From a virus (lineage: Duplodnaviria; Heunggongvirae; Uroviricota; Caudoviricetes): a DNA stretch of 64,000 bases. The first letter of the stretch is position 1. Every line of letters begins with the position of its first letter. Of the stretch, positions 1-8,632 are shown one piece after another. A program made the translations under genes and the position numbers. Where the stretch lies: positions 160,001 to 224,000 of the IMG/VR virus record IMGVR_UViG_3300009709_000002; one strand, written 5' to 3'. The notes under the pieces are model-generated. The model worked only from the letters and a program-made list of their open reading frames with translations. It was not told where the DNA came from and searched no databases.

Positions 1-585
1 GTAAGCGTCGATACCTTCAGTCATCCACGGATAGAAGGCATCTAGCGCTTTCTTCGGTTCTTCCAGCATGATCGTGCGTTGACGGCAGCTACCTTCAGAG
101 AGGTAGTACCAGTAGACCTTGGAAAGCTTGAGGTGAGCGAAAGCTGCGTCGACGAGCTCTGCAAACTTGTTCACGAGCTTCATCGGGCCGAAAACGTCGA
201 TTTGAATGATGCGGTTCTTGCAATCAGTTGGTGCAGCTTCATAGCCAGCAAGCTGGTCATGCGTGCGGATGATCATGATGTTCTGACCACCTTCAACGAT
301 CACATCGGCGTCGAAAGCGTTGGACTGCGTGAACTCGTAGACGAACTGAGATGGCTTGTAAAATCCACCAGTGTTCTTGTTGATGGTTTCTTCAGCGGCT
401 TCAAATGCGATCTTCTCGATTTGCTCAAGCGCATACACGAAAGTTCCGCGGAAGCTGATCTTGATCTGCGTGGTGAAGATGCTATCATTGAGCTGGTCTT
501 TGAACTGAAAGATTTCAAGATAACTTGCGTCAGACTTATTGTACGCGTTGACGTTAAGATTTACACTTGGAACTTGAATAGACAC
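1..585 (-). CDS. Partial gene running off the left edge; possibly the N-terminal part of a phage AAA ATPase
   Basis: Not in the ORF track. GTG at 585 follows an AGAGG RBS and the frame is open to position 1 (MSIQVPSVNL...VYWYYL...DAFYPWMTEGIDAY). The last residues resemble the segment that precedes Walker A in phage AAA proteins, but Walker A itself is outside the window. Confidence 0.6.
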   Translation of the reverse strand, partial: MSIQVPSVNLNVNAYNKSDASYLEIFQFKDQLNDSIFTTQIKISFRGTFVYALEQIEKIAFEAAEETINKNTGGFYKPSQFVYEFTQSNAFDADVIVEGGQNIMIIRTHDQLAGYEAAPTDCKNRIIQIDVFGPMKLVNKFAELVDAAFAHLKLSKVYWYYLSEGSCRQRTIMLEEPKKALDAFYPWMTEGIDAY

Positions 586-651
586 AGAAGAACCTCTAAC
601 TATAATTTGCGATATTTGAAATACTATACTACATTACAACAAAATGATATT

Positions 652-1119
652 TTAGGTGTCAAACCAAAATGTCTTACCATCTGTTGTTATTGCACAATCT
701 GGAGAAAAGCGAATCTTTTTCACTTTCTTCATTAGTTCACCAACTTCTTGACCAATTACAGTAAAGCAAAATTGTTCACCGCCTGGTATCCAAACATCTT
801 CCAACAACATTACTTCAGACCGCATCAAGATAGTTTTGACTATCTTATTAACATCTTTTTGTTTTGGCACTGGAAATGCTTGATCATTTTCATCAATATC
901 GGTGTAATATTGACTCCAAAATTTGTCTAAAAGTTCAGATTGAACAATTAAATGTACAAGAAGTTCATTATCTTTGTCTCTAAAGAATACTCTATGGCAA
1001 TTGTTGTCATATCCAGTTTCTTTATCAAGATTCACCATTGATGAAATATCAGGATTCACCCATTTATTCTTGAATCCATTATAGTCGATCATCAAAATTT
1101 CAAATTTATCATCAATCAT
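652..1119 (-). CDS. Hypothetical protein (AT-rich)
   Basis: Track ORF 652..1155. The likely start is ATG 1119, overlapping the stop of the upstream endonuclease gene. No recognisable motif. Confidence 0.6.
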   Translation of the reverse strand: MIDDKFEILMIDYNGFKNKWVNPDISSMVNLDKETGYDNNCHRVFFRDKDNELLVHLIVQSELLDKFWSQYYTDIDENDQAFPVPKQKDVNKIVKTILMRSEVMLLEDVWIPGGEQFCFTVIGQEVGELMKKVKKIRFSPDCAITTDGKTFWFDT

Positions 1120-1720
1120 GTTTTCTCTTCTTACACTTATCACCATGATATGCAATCATAGAATTGTATTGACCTGTTTTTCCACAATGCTCACAAGTGA
1201 AAACCGGTCTATTTGATGCAGCTGTTTTATAGTTCTCGCGAGCTTCATCAGTGCGAACTTTACCAAGATTAGCCTTTCCAGCATTAGATGAATTTTCTGA
1301 GCGCCATTCTTTAGATTTGTTCATCAAAACATTGCTTATATGATCTCTTGTCTCTTTGTCATGCGTTTTACCAAAGAAACCATTCTTTTCACCAAGCGCG
1401 CTTTGTCTTCGTTTTTCTCTAGTTTCTTCAGTCATTGGTCCTCTATAACCACCAATTCCGCCTGGTGCTATATTCCACCCTATCTGGGCTACAGGACGAA
1501 GCTCTTTTTCTTTGTCATACGCATCCATGAAATTTTCAAATTCTTGGAGGATAACAAGGCACGAGAACGTGAGCCGATATTTTCTAATGCCGTGTCCGAC
1601 TTTATAAATGCTTTTTGTATGACTGTCAAACCTGCCTTTGACGTCATTCGTTACACCAACGTAACCGAGCTGTATGTTAGTTGGATCAGTTGGATGTGGG
1701 ATATGATAGAGATAGTACAA
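1112..1720 (-). CDS. GIY-YIG homing endonuclease with NUMOD3-like repeats (Seg-like)
   Basis: N-terminal YLYHI...GYVGVT...R...H; NUMOD3-like MTEETREKRR and GFFGKTHDKETRDHIS; C-terminal CEHC. TTG start with a GGAG RBS. Confidence 0.85.
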   Translation of the reverse strand: MYYLYHIPHPTDPTNIQLGYVGVTNDVKGRFDSHTKSIYKVGHGIRKYRLTFSCLVILQEFENFMDAYDKEKELRPVAQIGWNIAPGGIGGYRGPMTEETREKRRQSALGEKNGFFGKTHDKETRDHISNVLMNKSKEWRSENSSNAGKANLGKVRTDEARENYKTAASNRPVFTCEHCGKTGQYNSMIAYHGDKCKKRKHD

Positions 1721-1767
1721 GTGGAGATCTCCGTGTTTGAAATATTTATCAACACAGAAATCTCCAC
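1721..1767 (-). promoter_or_regulatory. Late promoter inside an RBS-sequestering hairpin
   Basis: Inverted repeat GTGGAGAT 1721-1728 / ATCTCCAC 1760-1767, with GATAAATA (minus strand, 1743-1750) in the loop. Confidence 0.7.
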
Positions 1768-1790
1768 CGCTAAATTATGTCTTTAGCTTA

Positions 1791-3074
1791 TCATTCGTAA
1801 TCAGTTTTACTATCCTGGAAGGTATATGGCAAATCACGTGCAATTGGATCATTTACTTTCTTTTGCGGCTCAGTCATAGCCGTATAAGTGCGACGAGCGA
1901 GAGCATCACATTCAAATTTTGCATCAGCTGATGTCATTTGGCACGGAGGGCTCTTCTGTGTATACGCAGAGCATCCGCGCAGGTAACCAACGATACCCAT
2001 CTCAGCAGCGACGCGGCAGAAACGAATTGCCGAGATTACCACACCACCCGAGTTAGGGCTATCTTGCACAGACATACGAGCAGTAAGCTCATAACGAGCT
2101 CCACCAAATCCATATGCCACGATATCAAGATTAGCGATCTTGTTATCTGATCCCACATATTGACCACCCGGTTTTTGCAGCACTGTCAGTGACGGACCTG
2201 CGTAAAGCGTCATACCAGCTGTGCCAGCACCACGAACTACGTTTTGACCCTTCAGCACGTTTTCCTTCGATACGTGCTTGCTGTGCAGACGTTCCTTGTT
2301 TGCCATGTTCAGGAAGTCGGTGTTAGCCGTGCGACCTGTACGAATATGCTCTTGACCTTGCGTCGAGCCTGCAGCCATGTTCATCTGAATGTGCTGAGTA
2401 ACCATCAGGCCAGCATCCAGCATCGCACCTTGGAGAACTTCCGACAGACGGCTTGCGCCCCAGATCGAACGCATATCCGAGCCGACGATCGTCAGGCCAG
2501 CATCGATGAATTGCTGTTCGGTTTCCATCGCTTCCTTCGTCGAGATACGAGTCGGGATGCAGTTAACCATGTGGCAGCCTGCTGCTACTGCCGCGTCGAT
2601 GTAGAACTTCGATGCAGTTTCTGACCCAACCGGGCAGTAGTTGATAACAACTTCTGCTTTGATCGACTTCAGAATTTCAACTACTTCATTGAAGGTGAGT
2701 TCTGGTTGCTTGTCATCCACGCGGAAAGAAACATCTTCCGGGAAATCATGCATGTACGGTGCAACACCGTCAAGAACCGGACCCTTGTAAACACGTGCGT
2801 GAGGAGCGATTGCAGCATCGGTGATCTCAGTGACGTGATCCATGGCGCAGTTCGGCGAGGCACGAAGAGCTTCCTTCAGCGGACGGTTCACCTTGCGCTT
2901 ATCGATGTCGAAACCACCAACAAAGACGATATCTTGAGCAGCGTAGCCGCCGATATCTTCATACATCAGACCGACTTTGTCATCCGGATTTTCGATGTAA
3001 TATTGAACGCCTTCTACGAGACTTTTTGCACAGTTACCTACGCCGACGATCGCGACGCGAATTTTGTTAGACAT
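1791..3074 (-). CDS. ino1: Myo-inositol-1-phosphate synthase
   Basis: Rossmann motif VAIVGVGNCAKSLVEG, plus INYCPVGS, VNCIP, NTDFLNM, SKENV and DSPNSGGV, all typical of bacterial MIPS. Confidence 0.93.
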   Translation of the reverse strand: MSNKIRVAIVGVGNCAKSLVEGVQYYIENPDDKVGLMYEDIGGYAAQDIVFVGGFDIDKRKVNRPLKEALRASPNCAMDHVTEITDAAIAPHARVYKGPVLDGVAPYMHDFPEDVSFRVDDKQPELTFNEVVEILKSIKAEVVINYCPVGSETASKFYIDAAVAAGCHMVNCIPTRISTKEAMETEQQFIDAGLTIVGSDMRSIWGASRLSEVLQGAMLDAGLMVTQHIQMNMAAGSTQGQEHIRTGRTANTDFLNMANKERLHSKHVSKENVLKGQNVVRGAGTAGMTLYAGPSLTVLQKPGGQYVGSDNKIANLDIVAYGFGGARYELTARMSVQDSPNSGGVVISAIRFCRVAAEMGIVGYLRGCSAYTQKSPPCQMTSADAKFECDALARRTYTAMTEPQKKVNDPIARDLPYTFQDSKTDYE

Positions 3075-3088
3075 TGTAAGACCTTAAC

Positions 3089-3257
3089 ATTTCAGTTGTT
3101 GACGGGCATTGGTCGATGGTGTTTCACACCAGAGTAGGCCCGGGTTCAAAATGAACCAACTAGAGGAGAGACTTGCTCAAATCAGATTGGTCCGCTATTT
3201 CAGTTGTTAACGCACATTGGCTCGTATAAGACGGTGCTCATCGGAGAGTAGGTGCGG
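3089..3257 (-). ncRNA. Tandem structured cis-regulatory RNA motif (2 copies) in the ino1 leader
   Basis: Copies at 3089-3143 and 3197-3257 share 21/24 and 11/13 nt blocks. The stem differences are compensatory (CGGGC/GCCCG versus CGCAC/GTGCG). Confidence 0.7.
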
Positions 3258-3280
3258 AATGCATTGCATCCATTACCTAA

Positions 3281-3309
3281 ATCTTAACTTCTTTCAAACA
3301 ACCTGTACA
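3281..3309 (-). promoter_or_regulatory. Sigma70-like promoter for the ino1 leader
   Basis: Minus strand TGTACA-N17-TAAGAT preceded by TTAAAA. A perfect late promoter TATAAATA lies upstream at 3348-3355. Confidence 0.65.
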
Positions 3310-3373
3310 TTTTAAAGTGCAAAATTGTTTGATGATTTAGATAGAAGTATTTATAAGAGTCCAGCGTGATGCT

Positions 3374-3586
3374 TCAATTTTCGCGAATCATTCGAAGTGC
3401 TTCAACCTTCGTGAAATCTGGGATCAGGTCTGGCGAGTAAAGCAGCCGCCAGGTTCCGTCAGGTAGCTCATCGAGATGAATGAAGTTCTTCCCCGTCCTC
3501 GGACTTGCCGCTTTTGAGATGTCTAAAACGAGGTTCGTGCCTTCGATAGCTATCGAGCGCTTCGGATCTTGTGATTTCTTTTTCAT
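3374..3586 (-). CDS. Hypothetical protein
   Basis: 70 aa ORF in operon orientation with protein-like composition. Confidence 0.55.
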   Translation of the reverse strand: MKKKSQDPKRSIAIEGTNLVLDISKAASPRTGKNFIHLDELPDGTWRLLYSPDLIPDFTKVEALRMIREN

Positions 3587-3941
3587 GCTCTTCTTTATAA
3601 AAGTCTATGAATGTTTGTGGAACTTCTATGCCACCATTTTCTATGACACGCCTAAGCCTTCCTGCGATCAACCGACGAGCTTCTGAAAGCGTTATGTCAT
3701 CTAGCAGCGCCCACAGCAATGTCCATAAATCAGTTGCAATCATCATCGATATCTGATGCCGAGCTGCTTCTAAATATGGCTTTGGCATGTGAAAATTCTT
3801 CTTACTATCAAGCTTTTCAACCTGAAATGTAATGCCTGGATTACCTGGCAACATCTCAAGTTGAGATTGATAGCGTTCGTCATATGGATTATACAGGCGA
3901 GCTTCCACCTGTATATCCTCTTGATGAATTGGAATGAACAT
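3468..3941 (-). CDS. Hypothetical protein
   Basis: 157 aa; start overlaps the upstream stop (TGATG coupling). Confidence 0.6.
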   Translation of the reverse strand: MFIPIHQEDIQVEARLYNPYDERYQSQLEMLPGNPGITFQVEKLDSKKNFHMPKPYLEAARHQISMMIATDLWTLLWALLDDITLSEARRLIAGRLRRVIENGGIEVPQTFIDFYKEEHEKEITRSEALDSYRRHEPRFRHLKSGKSEDGEELHSSR

Positions 3942-5041
3942 CAGAATGACAGAAGAGTGGCCGCTGTCTTAGCTGCAAGAAGCGGATTCGGCACATTTTC
4001 CTTCAAATCCCAACGATAGAATTTACGGCCAAGGTGAACTGAGCGCGGGCGCTCCATGTAGGTGTTCATGAACGCTACGCCATCCATCTTGTACCATTCT
4101 TCCGGCCATTCAAAGATTGACCAACCAGCGTGCTTAGCAGCCATCTCACGGAGACCATCGATGAAAACGTTCAGAACCGCTTGACGTTCTGCACGAGTTC
4201 CAGTGAATGGAGTGCCTTTATACCAACCAGCTTTTGGAAGTACGCGAGATTCGTCTTCGATCGGAAGCGGAGTAACCAGCTCGATCGGACGATCAAGCGC
4301 TACCAATGCTTGCTCATAGTCCCGAAGCAGCTCTTTCGTGAAAGCGATCGGATCAGCTTCACGGCAGATATGGTGACGAATGTCAATGCTTCCCCAGTAG
4401 CACGTCATCGAGTCAATGTTCTTCATATCGAAGCCATATTCCGTGATTTCATTCACGATACCCTTCTTGATGATACCACGAAGAGTTCGGCCGTCTTTAC
4501 GGAGAACGAGGGATGTCGGCTTGTAGGCCGAGAATGAGTGTGAGTCACCGATCACCAGGTGTCGAACCTTACCATTGCCATACGTCAAGCCTGGATCTAA
4601 GATCCAATCGGTGATGCCTTTGCAGCGGTCGGAAACCTTCGCCCAGTCCACGCCCTTCCAGTAGTCAGAAGGAGTTCCCTTCTTGATACCACAGCGCCAG
4701 CCGTAGTCGATCATCGGCCAATCAAGCGAGACGTATTTGATGTGGTCATGCTGTGGCCAAGCGAGACGTTCAAAGAACTTCGCCGAGTGCGGTGCAAGAC
4801 CGTCAAATACGTTCAAAACCTTACAAGCTGGTGTGTAATCGACGTCCATGCCGTGATAGATGTAGATCGTGTCATATTGACTCCAATCATCTAGACGAGC
4901 TTCACCACGTTGGTCAAGCACATCTACATCGATGCCAACATTTCGAAGTTGATTAGCGCGGAGCCAAGCCCAGGCCGCGGTGTGTGAATATTCAGTTGAT
5001 GCCAGCTTACGGCAAATCAGGTCAAGTGCAGCTTTAGCCAT
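3941..5041 (-). CDS. SGNH/GDSL-like domain protein, possibly a DNA- or sugar-modifying enzyme
   Basis: LVIGDSH (block I), YWGSIDIRHH (block III-like) and RSVHL (block V-like). Likely start ATG 5041, overlapping the upstream stop. Confidence 0.6.
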   Translation of the reverse strand: MAKAALDLICRKLASTEYSHTAAWAWLRANQLRNVGIDVDVLDQRGEARLDDWSQYDTIYIYHGMDVDYTPACKVLNVFDGLAPHSAKFFERLAWPQHDHIKYVSLDWPMIDYGWRCGIKKGTPSDYWKGVDWAKVSDRCKGITDWILDPGLTYGNGKVRHLVIGDSHSFSAYKPTSLVLRKDGRTLRGIIKKGIVNEITEYGFDMKNIDSMTCYWGSIDIRHHICREADPIAFTKELLRDYEQALVALDRPIELVTPLPIEDESRVLPKAGWYKGTPFTGTRAERQAVLNVFIDGLREMAAKHAGWSIFEWPEEWYKMDGVAFMNTYMERPRSVHLGRKFYRWDLKENVPNPLLAAKTAATLLSF

Positions 5042-5519
5042 TTTGTTCGGCCCAATCAAGATTAAGAGGCTCCGCGAAGACTTCCGTGGTCACAAAGTCA
5101 AAATCTGGCAACTTGAGTGACTTGACGTCAAAACCTTCTGGGATGTTAAAGGTGAGCGTTACGTGTGGGTTGTAGTATGGTCGATCATTGGTTCCACCCA
5201 TCGCCAAGAAATCCTTGTGCATTTCATGGAAGATCGGACAATCTAGGACCAGCACCAAAACGTCTTGCGTTCCAGTTTCTGAGTCAAAGATATCGAAGCG
5301 CAATGATTTAGCGACTATTGTTCTTGGACCAACTTGGTCATAAGCACGCAACACAGTTCTACGGCTAAACAACAGTGTCGTGTGGATACTCTCTACACGT
5401 ACTCTACCGCGATCAAGACCAGACGTCTTAAACCATTCTCTCAGGTTCTTCTTGGTCTCTTTCGTGTAGTAAACGCAGACATACGTCCCTTGCTTTTGTA
5501 GTATGTCTGTCATCTTCAC
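5034..5519 (-). CDS. acb1: 2H phosphodiesterase, T4 gp57B/Acb1-like anti-CBASS nuclease
   Basis: Two HxT motifs (IHTTLLFSR, PHVTL), N-terminal GTYVCV and ~160 aa length, as in T4 57B. Confidence 0.75.
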   Translation of the reverse strand: MKMTDILQKQGTYVCVYYTKETKKNLREWFKTSGLDRGRVRVESIHTTLLFSRRTVLRAYDQVGPRTIVAKSLRFDIFDSETGTQDVLVLVLDCPIFHEMHKDFLAMGGTNDRPYYNPHVTLTFNIPEGFDVKSLKLPDFDFVTTEVFAEPLNLDWAEQNG

Positions 5520-6019
5520 AGCAGTAGTTCTTTAGCGGTTGTGCCAACTAGGTACTTTCCAAGATCTTGCGGTGACAGCAAGCATGAGAACGTTAGCTCC
5601 GTCCGACCACGTGGACCAACAGGGTGGCACATAGCCATACCACGAGGAATGTCAACGTGAATGCACAGCTCGGATTGGCTAAGATCGAGAAGAGTAACTT
5701 CCGACATTTCATAGTTGTTGCTCTGCGGATGGAACAGGAAAGCTTTAAACGCCGAGTTAGAGCACTGAGTGATTTGCACCATGTCGATGTACTGTGATTC
5801 GTCATCGACCACTAGAAGGTGCCATGAGGCTGGAACAAAGAATTCAAGCCCATTGATTCTGACTTTGACGGCTGGACCTGCTGTTTCTTCAAGCCAGCGA
5901 ATTGCGCCTAATTGAAAGTCATGCTCCATGGCATTGAAGTACCAACAATGTCTTGGAATCACCGGTCCATTGACCGAGTCAATTAGGTAAGGAAAATTGT
6001 AATCTGGAAGTATCTGCAT
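5516..6019 (-). CDS. Hypothetical protein downstream of uvsW
   Basis: 167 aa, with its own promoter-like sequence upstream (TATCAC-N17-TATAAT). Confidence 0.7.
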   Translation of the reverse strand: MQILPDYNFPYLIDSVNGPVIPRHCWYFNAMEHDFQLGAIRWLEETAGPAVKVRINGLEFFVPASWHLLVVDDESQYIDMVQITQCSNSAFKAFLFHPQSNNYEMSEVTLLDLSQSELCIHVDIPRGMAMCHPVGPRGRTELTFSCLLSPQDLGKYLVGTTAKELLL

Positions 6020-6104
6020 CTATTTGTGCTATACGTGATGGTGCTAGTTATGTTGTGATTATAATCCAACGTCAAAAGAGGTGATATTTAATCACCTCTT
6101 TCTC

Positions 6105-7544
6105 TTAAACGAAAAACTTACCAGCGCCATCTGTTGGTGTGTATTTCAATTTTAGCACAGGTGACGTTGGGTAACCGGCATCTTTGTAATACTTCAATCG
6201 CTCTTTTTGGTGCTTCTTAGAGAATTGAAGCTTGGACGCAACATCCTTTACAAAAATCTTCTTCTTGTCACCCTTCTTACGAAGTCCACGACCAACTGAT
6301 TGAATTGCTCGAATGAATGATTTACCAGCTTCAATTAGCACTAGACAGAAAATTCTGTCAATCGAAATACCGGTAGAAGCAATGCCGAATGTTGCGATAA
6401 CGATTAAACCGTCTTGTTCGGCATACTGGTCATAATTCTCCTTTCGTTCATCTTTGCCAGAGCTTCCTGACAAGAAGACCGAGCCTTCAATCAGCTCTTG
6501 AAGCAGCTGACCTTGTGCAATGGAATTAACCAAGACCATGGTGTTTCCGTACTGATCTCGCCATTCTTTGATCTGTTGCGCGAGAATTTTCAACCGATCA
6601 TCATTCTTTGCGAGGTAACCCTTCTCAGATGAGTAATCAGGCAGCTCTGGATCAACGTCTTGCGTGACGACCGGCTCGATCTCAATTTCAGACAGATAGC
6701 CTTGCTCGATCAACCATGACGCAGGTACTTCTCGAAGAATTCGACCAACTGAAAGCTTCAAGTTGTATTGATCTGCGAGCGGCTTCGGGAAAGTTCCAGT
6801 TACACCATAGCGGTGGCTGATGTGCTTTCCGTGAACATTGATCAAATCCTTGATGACAGTCGCCTTAATACCGTGGGCTTCGTCAACGATAAACGCTTGG
6901 AAGTACTGCATGTACTGCGGAGCGTTCTGCAGTGACTGCCAGGTAGCAACTACGATCGGATTGTCAATTTCCTTGGCGCCACCAGAGTAAGCGCCGATGG
7001 TGACTGGAAACAGCTCTAACTTTTCTCTAAGTTCATCAACGGTCTGAGTTACCAGGTCCGATGACGGTACGATGATGATCGTTTGTAGTTTATTGAGGTA
7101 CAGCATCATCGCTAATGCAGCACACATGGATGTCTTACCAGCACCAGTTGCGCAAACAGCGAAACCTGAGCCTTCCTCAAGCAATGCATTTACGACATCA
7201 ACTTGATATGGACGAAGCTTAAAGTGTTCAAGACCGAAGAAGTCTTCTTCTACTCGGTCTGCAATCACCGGAGCTGGTAGACGCTTATCTACCAGCTCAA
7301 TGTCATATCCCCATGTCGCCACAAATGGAAGAATTTCTTCTAAGAGCTTCGTGTAGGTGTTACCCTTGTTGTCAAAGAAGTGAATCTTTCCGTCCCAGCG
7401 ACGAAGCTGGAATTGTGGCATGTGCCTGTACCCTTCAACGAAAACGCCAAGCTTGTCATACAAGAAGGCCACGTCCTGCGGAGCGAGACCTGCAAGTCGA
7501 CAGTTGACTTCATCATCAACGTTGATAGTACAAACCTTGTTCAT
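6105..7544 (-). CDS. uvsW: UvsW-like SF2 DNA helicase
   Basis: LRPYQ, ATGAGKT, DEAH, TGT and QSVGRGLR motifs; adjacent to uvsY/uvsX. Confidence 0.93.
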   Translation of the reverse strand: MNKVCTINVDDEVNCRLAGLAPQDVAFLYDKLGVFVEGYRHMPQFQLRRWDGKIHFFDNKGNTYTKLLEEILPFVATWGYDIELVDKRLPAPVIADRVEEDFFGLEHFKLRPYQVDVVNALLEEGSGFAVCATGAGKTSMCAALAMMLYLNKLQTIIIVPSSDLVTQTVDELREKLELFPVTIGAYSGGAKEIDNPIVVATWQSLQNAPQYMQYFQAFIVDEAHGIKATVIKDLINVHGKHISHRYGVTGTFPKPLADQYNLKLSVGRILREVPASWLIEQGYLSEIEIEPVVTQDVDPELPDYSSEKGYLAKNDDRLKILAQQIKEWRDQYGNTMVLVNSIAQGQLLQELIEGSVFLSGSSGKDERKENYDQYAEQDGLIVIATFGIASTGISIDRIFCLVLIEAGKSFIRAIQSVGRGLRKKGDKKKIFVKDVASKLQFSKKHQKERLKYYKDAGYPTSPVLKLKYTPTDGAGKFFV

Positions 7545-7793
7545 TTATTCATCCTCTGGATCCTGAGGATCTTCCTCATCCGCTTCTACGGTTGGGAATT
7601 CGATCTGTTGATCTTCAGGAAGAATTTGGTTGATTTCATCTACAAATGCATGGAAATACCCACCAGCTTCCGAGCTGTTGTAGCTATTGCCCGCTGCATC
7701 TACTTCACCATCTACTGCTTGAGCTTCGGCGATGTCTTTCAAATTGGAGTTGATGACGGCGATAATGCCGTCGAGAATACGTTCTGCGTTCAT
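7545..7793 (-). CDS. Small acidic protein
   Basis: 82 aa with about 22 D/E versus 2 K/R; abuts uvsW. Confidence 0.65.
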   Translation of the reverse strand: MNAERILDGIIAVINSNLKDIAEAQAVDGEVDAAGNSYNSSEAGGYFHAFVDEINQILPEDQQIEFPTVEADEEDPQDPEDE

Positions 7794-7807
7794 TAAAATT
7801 TTCCTGA

Positions 7808-8272
7808 TTAGAGAGTTACATGCTCAAGCTGAGCTACTCTAATCTTCACAATGTTGTTCAAACTGTAACCCATCGCCTGAAGTGCTTCGACGATAGATTG
7901 GAGTTGATTCTTGATGTGAGCTACTTCGAGGACGATTTCATACGCCTGTACGTAGTCTGGCTCACCAGCAATGTACGCCTTGATGTCGGTAGAGCTAAGA
8001 CGTTGTTGACGTCCTTCATTCAAACTTTTGTAAAGACGACCTTCAACTTCACCCATCTTCATGCGAGCCCAGTTTTCGATCGCCTTTGCTTCTTGCAACA
8101 TCAAATCGTAGAACATGAGATTCTGTGCGTGTTCTGCACAAGCTGTCTCAAGTCCTTTGCCGTCAAGCTTAAAGACTGGCTCAGCGGCCAAGATCAATTC
8201 CCGATAAATTTGAAGCTTCTCGGGTACCTTGCTCATTGGAATACGAGAAAGGTCGCTGACAGCAAAGCTCAT
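7808..8272 (-). CDS. uvsY: UvsY recombination mediator
   Basis: Helical 154 aa protein with LSSTDIKAYIAGEPDY and MGYSLNNIVKIR; lies between uvsX and uvsW. Confidence 0.85.
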   Translation of the reverse strand: MSFAVSDLSRIPMSKVPEKLQIYRELILAAEPVFKLDGKGLETACAEHAQNLMFYDLMLQEAKAIENWARMKMGEVEGRLYKSLNEGRQQRLSSTDIKAYIAGEPDYVQAYEIVLEVAHIKNQLQSIVEALQAMGYSLNNIVKIRVAQLEHVTL

Positions 8273-8275
8273 TGA

Positions 8276-8578
8276 TTATCCTTCGAGTTTGCCGAGAACG
8301 TCGGTTGACTTGATCAGGAAGACCTTTTGGCGGTCACCAGCGTCAAGCTCAACAATTGCGGTCTTCAGCATGACGATAGTATCGCCAGGTTGAATCGGTG
8401 GGACTACGAGCTTACCAGTCTTGAAATCATGGACGCCAGGACCAACTGCGATCACCTTAGCGACGCTTGGCTTTTCCTTCAAGAAACCCGGAATGACGAT
8501 GCCGCCTTTAGCGTGTTCATCTTTCTGGTCTTGGTGAATCTGGACGTAGTCGTGGAGGGGTTTGAATGTGTATGTCAT
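8276..8578 (-). CDS. groES: GroES-like co-chaperonin
   Basis: KPLHDYV, GGIVIP and VIAVGPG motifs; late promoter at 8607-8613. Confidence 0.92.
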   Translation of the reverse strand: MTYTFKPLHDYVQIHQDQKDEHAKGGIVIPGFLKEKPSVAKVIAVGPGVHDFKTGKLVVPPIQPGDTIVMLKTAIVELDAGDRQKVFLIKSTDVLGKLEG

Positions 8579-8632
8579 TGTTATTCCTTATAGAGATAGA
8601 GGCGGGTATTTATTCCGCCTCTAGACTGAAAC

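Noticed and set aside
79-735. 218-aa plus-strand ORF
   Set aside because: Antisense shadow of the minus-strand gene starting at 585, which has an RBS and typical codon usage.
3089-3257. Tandem motif as a known NAD+-I riboswitch, HDV-like ribozyme or mini-CRISPR
   Set aside because: It shares the words CAACAAC and CCUAC with NAD+-I as I recall it, but in a different order and without the GUAGG pairing partner. No HDV P1/P3 pseudoknot could be built. There are only two copies and no cas genes.
5516-6019. Possible Hint/intein-like fold
   Set aside because: Only a vague beta-strand pattern; no N-terminal Cys/Ser or terminal His-Asn.
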